A stretch of DNA of 64,000 nt from assembly GCF_044704955.1 (NCBI RefSeq), contig NC_091999.1, positions 26,598,001 through 26,662,000 on the forward strand. The letters are read 5' to 3'. Under the pieces are notes generated by a model, which saw only the letters and a program-made list of their open reading frames with translations, made no database searches and was not told where the DNA came from. The position numbers were made by a program, and so were the translations under genes. Shown piece after piece: positions 26,024 to 38,504 of the stretch. Source of the DNA: Pristiophorus japonicus. Lineage: Eukaryota. Each line of letters starts with the position of its first letter. The first letter of the stretch is position 1.

Positions 26024-29000
26024 ATAGAAACATAGAAACATAGAAAATAGGTGCAGGAGTAGGCCATTCGGCCCTTCTAGCCTGCACCGCCATTCAATGA
26101 GTTCATGGCTGAACATTCAACTTCAGTACCCCATTCCTGCTTTCTCGCCATACCCCTTGATCCCCCTAGCAGTAAGGACCTCATCTAACTCCTTTTTGAA
26201 TATATTTAGTGAATTGGCCTCAACAACTTTCTGTGGTAGAGAATTCCACAGGTTCACCACTCTCTGGGTGAAGAAGTTCCTCCGCATCTCGGTCCTAAAT
26301 GGCTTACCCCTTATCCTTAGACTGTGACCCCTGGTTCTGGACTTCCCCAACATTGGGAACATTCTTCCTGCATCTAACCTGTCTAACCCCGTCAGAATTT
26401 TATATGTTTCTATGAGGTCCCCTCTCATTCTTCTGAACTCCAGTGAATACAAGCCCAGTTGATCCAGTCTTTCTTGATAGGTCAGTCCCGCCATCCCGGG
26501 AATCAGTCTGGTGAACCTTCGCTGCACTCCCTCAATAGCAAGAATGTCCTTCCTCAGGTTAGGAGACCAAAACTGTACACAATACTCCAGGTGTGGCCTC
26601 ACCAATGCCCTGTACAACTGTAGCAACACCTCCCTGCCCCTGTACTCAAATCCCCTTGCTATGAAGGCCAACATGCCATTTGCTTTCTTAACCGCCTGCT
26701 GCACCTGCATGCCAACCTTCAATGACTGATGTACCATGACACCCAGGTCTCTTTGCACCTCCCCTTTTCCTAATCTGTCACCATTCAGATAATAGTCTGT
26801 CTCTCTGTTTTTACCACCAAAGTGGATAACCTCACATTTATCCACATTATACTTCATCTGCCATGCATTTGCCCATTCACCTAACCTATCCAAGTCGCTC
26901 TGCAGCCTCACAGCATCCTCCTCGCAGCTCACACTGCCACCCAACTTAGTGTCATCCGCAAACTTGGAGATACTACACTCAATCCCCTCATCTAAATCAT
27001 TAATCTACAGTGTAAACAGCTGGGGCCCCAGCACAGAACCCTGCGGTACCCCACTAGTCACTGCCTGCCATTCTGAAAAGTACCCATTTACTCCTACTCT
27101 TTGCTTCCTGTCTGACAACCAGTTCTCAATCCATGTCAGTACACTACCCCCAATCCCATGTGCTCTAACTTTGCACATCAATCTCTTGTGTGGGACCTTG
27201 TCGAACGCCTTCTGAAAGTCCAAATATACCACATCAACTGGTTCTCCCTTATCCACTCTACTGGAAACATCCTCAAAAAATTCCAGAAGATTTGTCAAGC
27301 ATGATTTCCCTTTCACAAATCCATGCTGACTTGGACCTATCATGTCACCTCTTTCCAAATGCACTGCTATGACATCCTTAATAATTGATTCCATCATTTT
27401 ACCCACTACCGATGTCAGGCTGACCGGTCTATAATTCCCTGTTTTCTCTCTCCCTCCTTTTTTAAAAAGTGGGGTTACATTGGCTACCCTCCACTCCATA
27501 GGAACTGATCCAGAGTCAATGGAATGTTGGAAAATGACTGTCAACACATCCACTATTTCCAAGGCCACCTCCTTAAGTACTCTGGGATGCAGTCCATCAG
27601 GCCCTGGGGATTTATCGGCCTTCAATCCCATCAATTTCCCCAACACAATTTCCCGGCTAATAAGGATTTCCCTCAGTTCCTCCTCCTTACTAGACCCCCC
27701 GACCCCTTTTATAACCGGAAGGTTGTTCGTGTCCTCCTTCGTGAATACCGAACCAAAGTACTTGTTCAATTGGTCCGCCATTTCTTTGTTCCCCGTTATG
27801 ACTTCCCCTGATTCTGACTGCAGGGGACCTACGTTTGTCTTTACTAACCTTTTTCTCTTTACATATCTATAGAAACTTTTGCAATCCGTCTTAATGTTCC
27901 CTGCAAGCTTCTTCTCATACTCCATTTTCCCTGCCCTAATCAAACCCTTTGTCCTCCTCTGCTGAGTTCTAAATTTCTCCCAGTCCCCAGGTTCGCTGCT
28001 ATTTCTGGCCAATTTGTATGCCACTTCCTTGGCTTTAATACTATCCCTGATTTCCCTTGATAGCCACGGTTGAGCCACCTTCCCTTTTTTATTTCTATGC
28101 CAGACAGGAATGTACAATTGTTGTAGTTCATCCATGCGGTCTCTAAATGTCTGCCATTGCCCATCCACAGTCAACCCCTTAAGTATCATTCGCCAATCCA
28201 TCTCAGCCAATTCACGCCTCATACCTTCAAAGTTAGCCTTCTTTAAGTTCTGGACCATGGTCTCTGAATTAACTGTTTCATTCTCCATCCTAATGCAGAA
28301 TTCCACCATATTATGGTCACTCTTCCCCAAGGGGCCTCGCACAACGAGATTGCTAATTAATCCTTTCTCATTACATAACACCCAGTCTAAGATGGCCTCC
28401 CCCCTAGTTGGTTCCTCGACATATTGGTCTAAAAAACCATCCCTTATGCACTCCAGAAAATCCTCCTCCACCGTATTGCTTCCAGTTTGGTTAGCCCAAT
28501 CTATGTGCATATTAAAGTCACCCATTATAACTGCTGCACCTTTATTGCACGCACCCCTAATTTCCTGTTTGATGCCCTCCCCAACATCACTACTACTGTT
28601 TGGAGGTCTGTACACAACTCCCACTAACGTTTTTTGCCCTTTGGTGTTCTGCAGCTCTACCCATATAGATTCCACATCATCCAAGCTAATGTCCTTCCTA
28701 ACTATTGCCTTAATCTCCTCCTTAACCAGCAATGCTACCCCACCTCCTTTTCCTTTTATTCTATCCTTCCTGAATGTTGAATACCCCTGGATGTTGAGTT
28801 CCCAGCCCTGCTCATCCTGGAGCCACGTCTCCGTAATCCCAATCACATCATATTTGTTAACATCTATTTGCACAGTTAATTCATCCACCTTATTGCGGAT
28901 ACTCCTTGCATTAAGACACAAAGCCTTTAGGCTTGTTTTTTTAACACCCTCTGTCCTTTTAGAATTTTGCTGTACAATGGCCCTTTTTGTTCTTTGCCTT

Positions 29001-29404
29001 GGGTTTCTCTGCCCTCCACTTTTCCTCATCTCCTTTCTGTCTTTTGTTTTTGCCTCCTTTTTGTTTCCCTCTATCTCCCTGCATTGGTTCCCATCCCCCT
29101 GCCATATTAGTTTAACTCCTCCCCAAAAGCACTAGCAAACACTCCCCCGAGGACATTGGTTCCGATTCTGCCCAGGTGCAGACCGTCCGGATTGTACTGG
29201 TCCCACCTCCCCCAGAACCGGTTCCAATGCCCCAGGAATTTGAATCCCTCCCTGCTGCACCATTGCTCAAGCCACGTATTCATCTGAGCTATCCTGCGAT
29301 TCCTACTCTGACTAGCACGTGGCACTGGTAGCAATCCCGAGATTACTACTTTTGAGGTCCTACTTTTTAATTTAGCTCCTAGCTCCTTAAATTCATTTCG
29401 TAGG
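26024..29404 (-). mobile_element. Young CR1 LINE: ORF1 esterase C-terminus, near-intact ORF2, (TTTCTATG)n tail
   Basis: ORF1 DGLHL; ORF2 29029-26123 is one frame with a single TAG at 27005-27007; EN and RT motifs intact. Confidence 0.95.
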
Positions 29405-29504
29405 AATGATCAGCCAACTCAGGATATACCTTAGACTAAGGACACGTCACTCACTGCCTGACACCAGAGCAAGGGGAAAACTTCTTTGGCGAGGTTAATA
29501 AATC

Positions 29505-29940
29505 CTGAGCAATGAGGAATCCTGAACCAGAAGATCGTGGGTTGAAGTCCCACTCCAGATATTTGATCACAATATGTAAGCAGAGTCTCTCAGTGCAGTG
29601 CTGGGGGCCTGGTGCATTGTCGGAGGTGCCGTATTTCGGATCATGTGTTAAACCAAGAATCCATCTAGCCTCTCAGGTGGAGGTAAAAGTTCCCCTGGAA
29701 TTATTTCAATGAAAAGCAGAGGAGTTCTCCCTTGTGGCCTGTGAATATTAATCCCTCAAGAAATAACACTAAACAAAAAAAATGGTCGTTATCACACTGC
29801 TGTTTGTGGGAGCTTGCTGTGCACTAGGTGACTGCCGCACTTTGTACATTACAACTGTGACCACATTTCACAACTTAATTCATTGCCTGGCAAGCGCTTT
29901 GGTTCAGTCTGTGGTCGCTGAAGGCGGTGTATAAAGTCAA
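29505..29940 (+). mobile_element. tRNA-derived Deu-domain SINE (SacSINE1-like), degenerate
   Basis: GGTTGAAGTCCCACTCC B-box-like head, TGTCGGAGGTGCCGT, TGCTGTTTGTGGGAGCTTGCTGTGC core, AAGCGCTTTGG tail. Confidence 0.65.
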
Positions 29941-30076
29941 AATTGTATCGCAAGAATACACAAACTGCATGATTGGGAATTAGGAATATTCCTCTGTTTC
30001 TACTAATTTCAATCAAAGTCCTGACTGAGATCAGCGCTCAGAATGGTCTGGAACCTCCCTGGATTGTGCCTCTTAC

Positions 30077-30393
30077 CCTGAGATCTGCTGAAGTTACGGC
30101 TTTGTGTGCCCCCTTCATGAGTGACTTGGCAGGTGTAGACCGAGCCGGTGAACCATTCCCTGGCGGGGAGTGTCAGCCGACTGGCCGTCAAAACGTTTCC
30201 GTTCATCTCAAAGGCGGGAGAGGTGATGAAGCCCGAATCCAGGAGTTGTCCACTCTTCAGCCAATTCATGGTCAGTGACTTTGGCCTTAATTCGATGATT
30301 GAACACATGGCGCTTGCATATCTGCTGCTGATGATTTGTTCAGTGGAACATGGCAAGAGGAGAACAATTGGAGGAACAATGATCCGTTCACGA
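30077..30393 (-). pseudogene. IGHM: IgM Cmu2 exon (open frame, splice acceptor apparently lost)
   Basis: IVPPIVLLLPCSTEQIISSRYASAMCSII..WLKSGQ..SGFITSP..SRLTLPAREWFTGSVYTCQVTH; donor G|gtaaga; no AG at the expected acceptor. Confidence 0.9.
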
Positions 30394-30514
30394 CGTTCAC
30401 GAGAAGGCATTTTATTGACATTGCTTGCAAAATAAATGATTAAGAAATGCAAAGTGTCCTTATATTTTAACAAGTTCTTTGCTGTCAGATTCACACCAAC
30501 CTGGCATTTGCAGA

Positions 30515-30850
30515 GAGCAAAATTGTGCACAGTATACTCAGTGTAATATGCAGACCAGAACTGTGCATAATATTCTAAGTGCGATATGGGGATCAGAACC
30601 ATGCACAGTATTCTAAGTGTGATATGGAGACCAGAGCTGTGCATACTATTCTAAGTACGATATGGAGACCAGAACTTTACACAGTATTCTAAGTATGAGA
30701 TGGAAACCAGAATTGTAAACAATATTCTAAATGTGATAAGGAAACTAGAACTGTGCACAGTATTCTAAGTATTATATGGAGACCAGAACTATGCACAGTA
30801 CTCTAAGTGTTGTCTAACCAAGTTTCTATACAAGTTCAACATAACTTCTC
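30515..30850. repeat. 38-bp minisatellite (7 copies) derived from a CR1 ORF2 segment
   Basis: GACCAGAAC-like start at 30553, 30591, 30629, 30667, 30705, 30743, 30781; - strand reads HLEYxAQFWS. Confidence 0.85.
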
Positions 30851-30888
30851 ACCTTATCACAGATTGCCCTGTATCCCACATCATTAAC

Positions 30889-31188
30889 CTGACATTGTGA
30901 TGCTCCACACCGACACACCACGTCGAACCTCGCAGCAGATTGTGCTGCTCCCCACCTCCGACTCGGTGATGGTTAACTGGCTGCTCAGGGTGCAGGTTCA
31001 ATTCTTTTTGAGCAATGACGGGTAGGTCTTCAATCCAGTGGTGATCGGCTCTTTATCTTCCTTCCAGAAAAGGCTGATGATGTCAGGGGAGTAGTCCATC
31101 ACCAAACAGCCCTACGTGATGGAGCCATCGGTGCTGGGTTGTTCACAGGAGGAGAGCAGGGCGCAGAGGGTGGGGGGAGACGGTGTTA
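30889..31188 (-). pseudogene. IGHM: IgM Cmu1 exon with two nonsense codons
   Basis: [83 protein letters not shown]; TAG 31112-31114, TGA 30998-31000. Confidence 0.93.
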
Positions 31189-31929
31189 CTGGGAAGGAAT
31201 GGCCCATTGAACAAGTTAGACTCTGTAATCCGTGCTTACAAAAGAAATAAACAAATCGAAATTTGATTGCAGAATAAACTAATTCCACCATTTCTCCATC
31301 AAAGACTACACGGGCATTTGAGCTTCTGTCAGTTCTATCGTAAGCACCTGTCAATGCGCTGGTCAGGAACGCACCTCTCTATCACCGAGCTCTATCACAT
31401 TACACAACAAGAACCTTTACACAACTCGTCAATAAAGAAGCCTTCATTGGATCATACAATAGCAGAACAGAGACGTTTTTCCTGTTATTTCGGCCTGCAT
31501 TTATTTCTCAATCAGCACCATTTCTTGTCCTTTATTTAATTGCAGTTTGGGAAAATTTGCTCTGTGCACGTTGCCTGCGGTGTATCCGTACAAAGCAACA
31601 GTGACTGCACTTCAAAGTAACAGCGGAATTCCGGCTTAGGACGTTCGCAAAAAACCCTGCAAACTTGCCTATCACATAATTCAACAGGTAGCGTTTCCAT
31701 AGTCTAGTTTCTAAGATGCAAGTTGTAAATGAACCGCGATTGAGTCGAATTTCTTCCTTATTTTCTCAGCATTTGAGGGAGAGCGATGTCCTTCAGCGCA
31801 CTGTGATCTGAGCTCTATTCCATCCTATTATATGCATGTCTCTTGAGTAGCCTGCTTCCTGCAACTCAATTAATAATCCGAATAAAATACCATTCCAAAA
31901 TCCGGTTAATTTGAAGTTACTCCTTAAAT

Positions 31930-32870
31930 GGCCCGTTTCAATTCCCATTGTTGTTCTTGTTATATAAAAATGACATCGACTTGGTTACAGGGAATACAAT
32001 TTCGAAGTTCAAAAATGATGCAAAACCTGGCAACGTAGCCAATAGTGAGCATGATAGCAGCAGACTCCATGAGGAGACAGATGGACCAGTGAAATAGGCT
32101 GGGACATGGCAATTGCAATTCAATGCGAATCATTGAGAAGCAATGCACATTGGGTGGAAGTTGGAGAGGCATATAATCTAAATAGTATTGTTTTGAGCGG
32201 ATGCACGAATAGAGAGATCTGGATGTACATATTCACAAATCTTTGAAGAGGGCAGGGCAAACTGGTAAGGCTGTTAGGAAAGCGTATGGGATACTTGACT
32301 TTGTAAATGGGGCATTGAATACAAAAACAAGGCGGTTATGCTAAACATACAGATCACGTGTTAGGCCTCAGCTGGACTATTGCTTACAATTTTGTCACCA
32401 CAATGTAGGAAGGATGTCAAGCCCTTGGGGAGTGTAGAGGGGAGGCTTTTACCTGGATGATGCCAGGGATGGGGTCTTCAGTTATGCGGAGAGATTGGAG
32501 AAGCTGGAATATTCTCCTTAGAGCAGAGGTTAAGAGGAGACCTAAGAGAGATATTCAACATTATGTCAGGTTAAGTATACTAAGTCGGGAGAAAATGTTC
32601 CGCTGGAAAGTAGGTGGGTAACCAAATGTCGCAGTTTTAAAATAATTGTGAAAAGATCAGAAGGTGAAATTCAGGTGATTTTATTCACACAGAGGTTTGC
32701 TAATTTTAGGAATGCTCCAGGCAGTATCTCCTGTACGTCAGGAGGACTCATTTGCACGTTTACAATGTAAACTCTGGGGAGTTGGACTAAATTGGACAGC
32801 TCTTTCAGAGCCGGCACAGGCACGATGCCTGAATGGCCTCTTCCAATGCTGTGTGATGCTATGAGTCTAC
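31930..32870 (+). mobile_element. Old degenerate CR1 3' fragment
   Basis: Decayed homology to CR1 ORF2 C-terminus and 3' UTR. Confidence 0.7.
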
Positions 32871-33579
32871 ACAAGTCAGTGGGAATAGTTCTTCTAGATT
32901 TCATGGAAGGAAACACTTCATATTTTGGACACCTCTACCAGATCTATTTTTATTGTTCGTTATAATGAAAGAGAATATTTAAAATAAAGGGATCTTATAA
33001 ATCTGACGCAAATTGGTCAATCGCTTGCTGTTAGAAAAGCTTAAATTCATTGCGAATGATGACTTATTGCAGGTTGACTCTCTCTCTTTAAATGTTTCAC
33101 AAAATTGCAGCTCAGTGACTGTGTGCCTTGTGTTGTGACCCAGGCCAATAGCTGCATCTCCTCACAGTTTGTCGCTGCCTTTAACCTTCACAGGAAGAAT
33201 TGGACAACGTAATTTTTCTAAACATGAGGTCCCCATGATGGTTATTTGAAGTGGGAGTCTCGATATTCTCTATTTTAATTGTGGAAATAACTTGTAACCT
33301 CCCATCAGATCAGAACAGGCGCTGCTTTCTCGAGCGTTATTCACTTCCTGAAACTGTTTGTTCTGAAAGTGAGCTGAGGATCAGGCCAATCATGTTCTTT
33401 AGTAATCTGATGCTCAAAATGTTCAAACATTAATAACTCATAAAAAATTGGGCATTTTTTCAGAAAGAATATAAACATCAAAGAATGTGCGCTTTTTAAT
33501 CTGTGCAATGGGACGAATTATTGTATATATCTGGCACGAGCAGTTTATCTGCTATCTGTTAGACGCAGATAACGGTGCC

Positions 33580-34100
33580 TAGAACATTGCCTGACCAAGC
33601 ACTCTCAGGTCAGACACAGCACGGATAAGAGAGCAAAGCTCCCGCTATGCTGCCGTGTGGGTCAGGACAGGTATAGCAAGTGTTGCACACAGAGTAATAT
33701 GTTATCTATACTATCCCGTCAAACATTCCCAGCTCAGGTACTGCAGAGATGTGCTACGAAATGTCTCCCCATAAAATGCGTTATCAAATTTACCGATTAA
33801 TTAAGCACAATTATTACGAGTACAATGAAAATCTTCCAATACACTGTCCCATTAAAGCGCACCACCCCTCCAAAGCTCTGATTAAATAGAAGACATTCTA
33901 TATTGAAGGACCCAATTAAGTTCCACGTCCTTGTAAAGAAAAGGTTAAATACTGATTAAAGCTATCTCTGCAATGTCCCATCATGCACTGCCAGGTAAGA
34001 TAACGCACGGGTTAGTTGCAGAGTAAAGCAGTCATATCAAACACTGTCAGGGCAGGTACAACCGGGTTAGAAACTGATTAAAGCCTCTTCGACTGTCTCC
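33580..34100. repeat. Degenerate copies of a ~65-bp satellite (same family as 46170-46660)
   Basis: CTGTCCCATCAAACAC...CAGGTACAGCACGGGTTAGA...AGAGTAAAGC motifs. Confidence 0.65.
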
Positions 34101-37100
34101 TCGTGGTGTTTCGGAACTGCTCCTTCTGACTGTCACAATCTGGGTTACTGATCTCATTTCTACGGCGAATCCTCAACCTTAAAGTCAATCTTTCACGTTT
34201 CTCACAGATACCAATTTCTTAAATAACTGAATTAAATGACACTCCCCGCAATACAGGATCACAACCCAGAAGGTTTACAACCCGTCAGGAGGACTCCTGA
34301 TGCTCACACAGTGAGCAGGCGCACAGAAACAGAACAGACACAAACGGTGCAAGAAGGGTGCTCTAGGCAGAGAGAGACCAGTTCAATCTGTTAATTTCAA
34401 TGAAGATGTTAGATTTCTAGTTTATTTCTTGTCAATTTCCAACCACCTCAACGCTGCAGATTCTTTGAAATTAATCTGATATTAATTTGAGAGACTCTTC
34501 AACATCCAGCCATTTCCCCATCTCTGTCAACTATCTTGTAAACCGTGTAAAAATTTACTTCCCTGAAAGCAAGTAGCTGGAAATAATTCACATTCCACGG
34601 GAATTTGCTGCCCGTCACACGGGACTCGGTGACAGAGTAAGAATGTCACAATCCAGGAGACATATACAGCGATACCTAATCATCCACTGATTTTATATGT
34701 TTTCATCAGTAAATATAACCTGTAAAATCATCGCGGCAAAATAGGAAATTAATTCACTAAAATCTGCAGCGACACATTGTCGAACTCAGCACAGCCGAGT
34801 TATCAATGCATTGTTTTCTAAATTAATTCATGAATGAATTAAACATTATCTCCAACGCTTGAAATTTTGCAATAATTGTAATACTGACCAGTATGCAACA
34901 CAATTGTAAGTGCTCGCTTATGTTTTAATGAATTAGCACTGATGTTACATTCTAATTTAATGTTCATGTTAGCTGAATATTGAAAATAATCTGAGTGCCA
35001 TTCTGGCCCTTCCTCCTCAGAAGCATACCTACCTGGAACTTTTGAAATTAAATTAACGTGCTTGAATTTCAGCCATACAAATAGAAGTAATTATTAAACT
35101 TTTTAAAACCTTTTCTGCCTGATAACTTGTGATATATTATGGTTTACTTAACTTACCACAACAATTAATCAATATTAAAATATTAAGCTGCATATTAATA
35201 CATGACTACTCTGAAATATACCTTATTTTTACTTAAATGGAATCAAATTTGAATAATTGACAATAATCACGCAGTTCTACTATTGTCCCGTTCTCGACCG
35301 ACACCTTTTTAAACTCTGCATGTTTCTAATATAGCATAAACTGCGTCTATTTGCAGAGTGCATTTCACATTATGGATTTGGGTGTGGACTAATTTAAATA
35401 GTTCTCTGTCCAGCCAGGGTCACAACTCCGATGGGCTGTAAACCGCTTGTTTACTAATGCTGGAATCTCGAGCTGAAATATTCTCCTCAATCTTAAACCC
35501 CAAAAATGGTTTTATTAATTAAAATCCATCCTTGCAGTTTGCAGTCAGTAGCAGAGCCTCCACTACTTAATAACACAGACAATCTTTTAAAGTTCATAGA
35601 AACATAGAAAATAGCTGCAGGAGTAGGCCATTAGGCCCTTCGAGCCTGCACCGCCATTCAATGAGTTCCTGGCTGAACACTCCAGTTATTCACAAAATGC
35701 CCGTAAGTTAATGATTAAATATATTCTGCTACTTCTTGAAAATAGTTTCCAGAATGGTCAGTGTAAAACTAGAGGATAACAATTCATTCAGACCATCTGG
35801 GGCACTGAAACTGAATGTGCAAATGGAGGAGAGACTTTGTTCATCAATTTAATATTAATAAAAATTAAACATAGCTCTCAGATATGGTTTGTGCTTTGTC
35901 TACCTTCTATTCCGCATACAGCAGCGTTTTGGGAGATAGGATTTTGTTTCAAATACAAAGTAAGATGAACCTTTTGTAAGTAAATTAATCTGCTTGAATT
36001 TCAATGGATTACTTGCTGTCTCCAGCCATACGCATTCGGAATCTGCCTTGAATTTCAATATAATTACATGAACAATTCTTTGACTGCCAGCGATGCCTGT
36101 CTCTCAGCTTTTGTTCTTGCAAAGTGTTCAAGGTTAACTTAGTGATAATTCTATCAAACAACACACAATATTGATTCAATAACAAATTTAGGCTACACAG
36201 TGAGAATGTCATACCCCGGCAGATAGATTAAATTGACAAAATGCAATTTGCAACACGGCTTTAAGTTATAATTAATTGCACTCAGTCATTCATCTGTGTA
36301 AAGAGGAGGTAGCAAGTAATTGAACTCCCGACTCAAACTGAACACAGCGGTGGAATCAGTATGTTGTTAATGAAATAATTGCAGGCATAATTAATAACTG
36401 TATCCAGCCTCTAAAAGTTTCTGCTTCCCTTAATGGTGCCCAGTGTAGAGCAGGATTTTTGAAGGCGAATAATATTCAGAACATGAACATTGGACAAATA
36501 GCATATTTTAATAACATTCGGTGATATTATTGCATTATAATCGGTTGGTTAATAGTAATTTAATTCAACTACAACCTGAATAAGTTAATTATGTAGATGG
36601 CAACTAGTTACATTTCACATATTAATATACCAGCATCGTCAAAATAGATTAATAGTTGAATATATAATTATCACTTCAATAATTGTGATGTTAAAATACC
36701 TTTCAATGACTTCTGATGTCTAAACCCGTCCTGTTCTTTGCCTACCTACTGTTTAAAAACAGTTTCAAAATACATATCTTGTTTGGATTCGATCAGAAAC
36801 CTGCTGCTGCCCGCTGTCACCGATATTAAACATTGTAGAAACGCCAAACAGCTTCACTAATTCTAGGTATTCTGAGTAACACAGGCACAAACTCTCCTCA
36901 GCAGATCAATACTAAATCACATCGCTGAGGGGCGGAATCCATCGACAGAACCTTTCATGGAGCAGATCCGTAATTCTATAAACCCTTTCAGCAGAATCAA
37001 ATGTATCATTGCAAAAAAATCTCATTACACAATCACCGAACCCGCCTCACACTGAGATATCTAATGATTGAATTCAACAGAAATATAAAATACTGACAGA

Positions 37101-37741
37101 GAATTGTGATTCGACGGATTATGTTAAATACGTTAATTTTGATATTATAGCGTATTTCAATAATAATTGGTGATATTACTACGTTATAATAATGTTAATT
37201 TAAATGTGTTCCAGCTGGAAATATGTTAATTTTTCAGTTCTTAATTACAGCTCACGTATTGAATCTGATCATTTGGGAACATTCGGTCAGTAGATGACAA
37301 TGTAATTTTCATGAAAAAACTAAAAGTCCTTTAGGTTATTTACTGATCGCTAAGCTTTCTGTTTTGTGCCTACAATGTTCTCTTAAACACATTCAAACAC
37401 AATGTTTGCATTCGATCAGAAAAACTGCAGCAATCAGAGGTCACCAAGATTAAACATTGCAGAAACGTCAAACAGTGTAATAATCATAAAGTATTTAAAG
37501 TAACCTAGACACACAGTCTCGGCAGCAAATAAATACCAAATCACATCAACAACATTTTCTGTGGAGAAACAGTTGAATTCTATAATCACTTTGCAGCAGA
37601 ATCACATTGATAATTGCAAAAAATCTCAAAACAAAATCCACCGAACCCAAGTTTCAGTGAACGAAATAATTATTAAAATAAACAAAAATATAAAATAAAG
37701 ACACAAATAAAAGTGTTACTGAATCAGTGAATGCTCCTTAC

Positions 37742-37791
37742 CTGCAGTCACCGTCACCATGGTCCCTTGTCCCCAGTAGCCCATTGCGTAA
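37742..37791 (-). CDS. IGHJ: JH gene segment (YAMGYWGQGTMVTVTA), intact frame and donor
   Basis: WGxG motif, donor G|gtaagg. Confidence 0.95.
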
Positions 37792-37819
37792 CACAGTGAG
37801 ACACGTTGTGTCAAATACT
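37792..37819 (-). promoter_or_regulatory. RSS with 12-bp spacer 5' of JH
   Basis: Heptamer CACAGTG 37792-37798, spacer AGACACGTTGTG, nonamer TCAAATACT 37811-37819; no nonamer at 22-23 bp. Confidence 0.8.
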
Positions 37820-38028
37820 CAGGCGGACTGTTAACTGTAAAATACAGAGATTAAATTCCACCCAGCTCTAAAAACCCGATTCTGACTGTCGTAAGAGTGA
37901 ATCAGCGAGATATTTCATTTTGTAGCGTTCATTATATTTACAAAAATGATTGGAATACTTCTCAAGCATCTGTGCATGTTCAACATGGCAATCAATAGTA
38001 ATAAAGAAGAAAACTGTTATACATTTAA

Positions 38029-38055
38029 ATATATATATATATATATATATATATA
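38029..38055. repeat. (TA)n microsatellite between the two RSSs
   Basis: Direct reading. Confidence 0.95.
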
Positions 38056-38146
38056 ACTTATTTCTAATTATTTTTATTTAAGCCTCAGTTCCTTCGACGC
38101 TCCTGGCGTGGTAATGGTCGCAGGTTTTAGCAAACTCCCTGTCTGG

Positions 38147-38184
38147 GGTATTTGTATGGAGAGCTCACTCTGTATTGCACCGTG
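38147..38184 (-). promoter_or_regulatory. RSS with 22-bp spacer 3' of the joined VD
   Basis: Heptamer CACGGTG, 22-nt spacer, nonamer ACAAATACC. Confidence 0.92.
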
Positions 38185-38504
38185 ACCCACTCCCGTAGTC
38201 CTTCCTTGCACAGTAATAGATGGTGGTGTCTTCGCTCCTCTTGTTCTTTATGTCCAACGTGAAGATGTTGTTTGAAGTGTCTTTGGATGCATTAAATCGG
38301 CTGTCGATCCCTGGGACGTTATTCTTGCTCGATGGAGTGTAGTAGTAAACCAGCCACTCCAGCCCCTGACCGGGAACCTGGCGGACCCAGTTCATGCCAT
38401 AGCCGCCAAAATCGAACCCGCTGGTTTACAGGTCAGTCTCAGGGAGACTCAGGAAATCCTGGTCTTTGCCTCGGGCTGAGTCAACACCACATCCGACTGG
38501 ACAC
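38185..38504 (-). pseudogene. IGHV: IgM-type VH exon germline-joined to a D-like segment; stop and frameshift in FR1
   Basis: [25 protein letters not shown] / [27 protein letters not shown]...SKDTSNNIF...[16 protein letters not shown]; TGA 38449-38451; -1 shift near 38425. Confidence 0.93.

Noticed and set aside
28110-29135. 341-aa + strand ORF and other antisense ORFs over CR1/Tx1
   Set aside because: Antisense shadows of LINE ORFs with no independent motifs
34307-34346. CACAGTG + 24 bp + ACACAAACG, RSS-like, in the J-C intron
   Set aside because: Spacer is off-length and the coding flank has no J or D features; most likely a cryptic chance match
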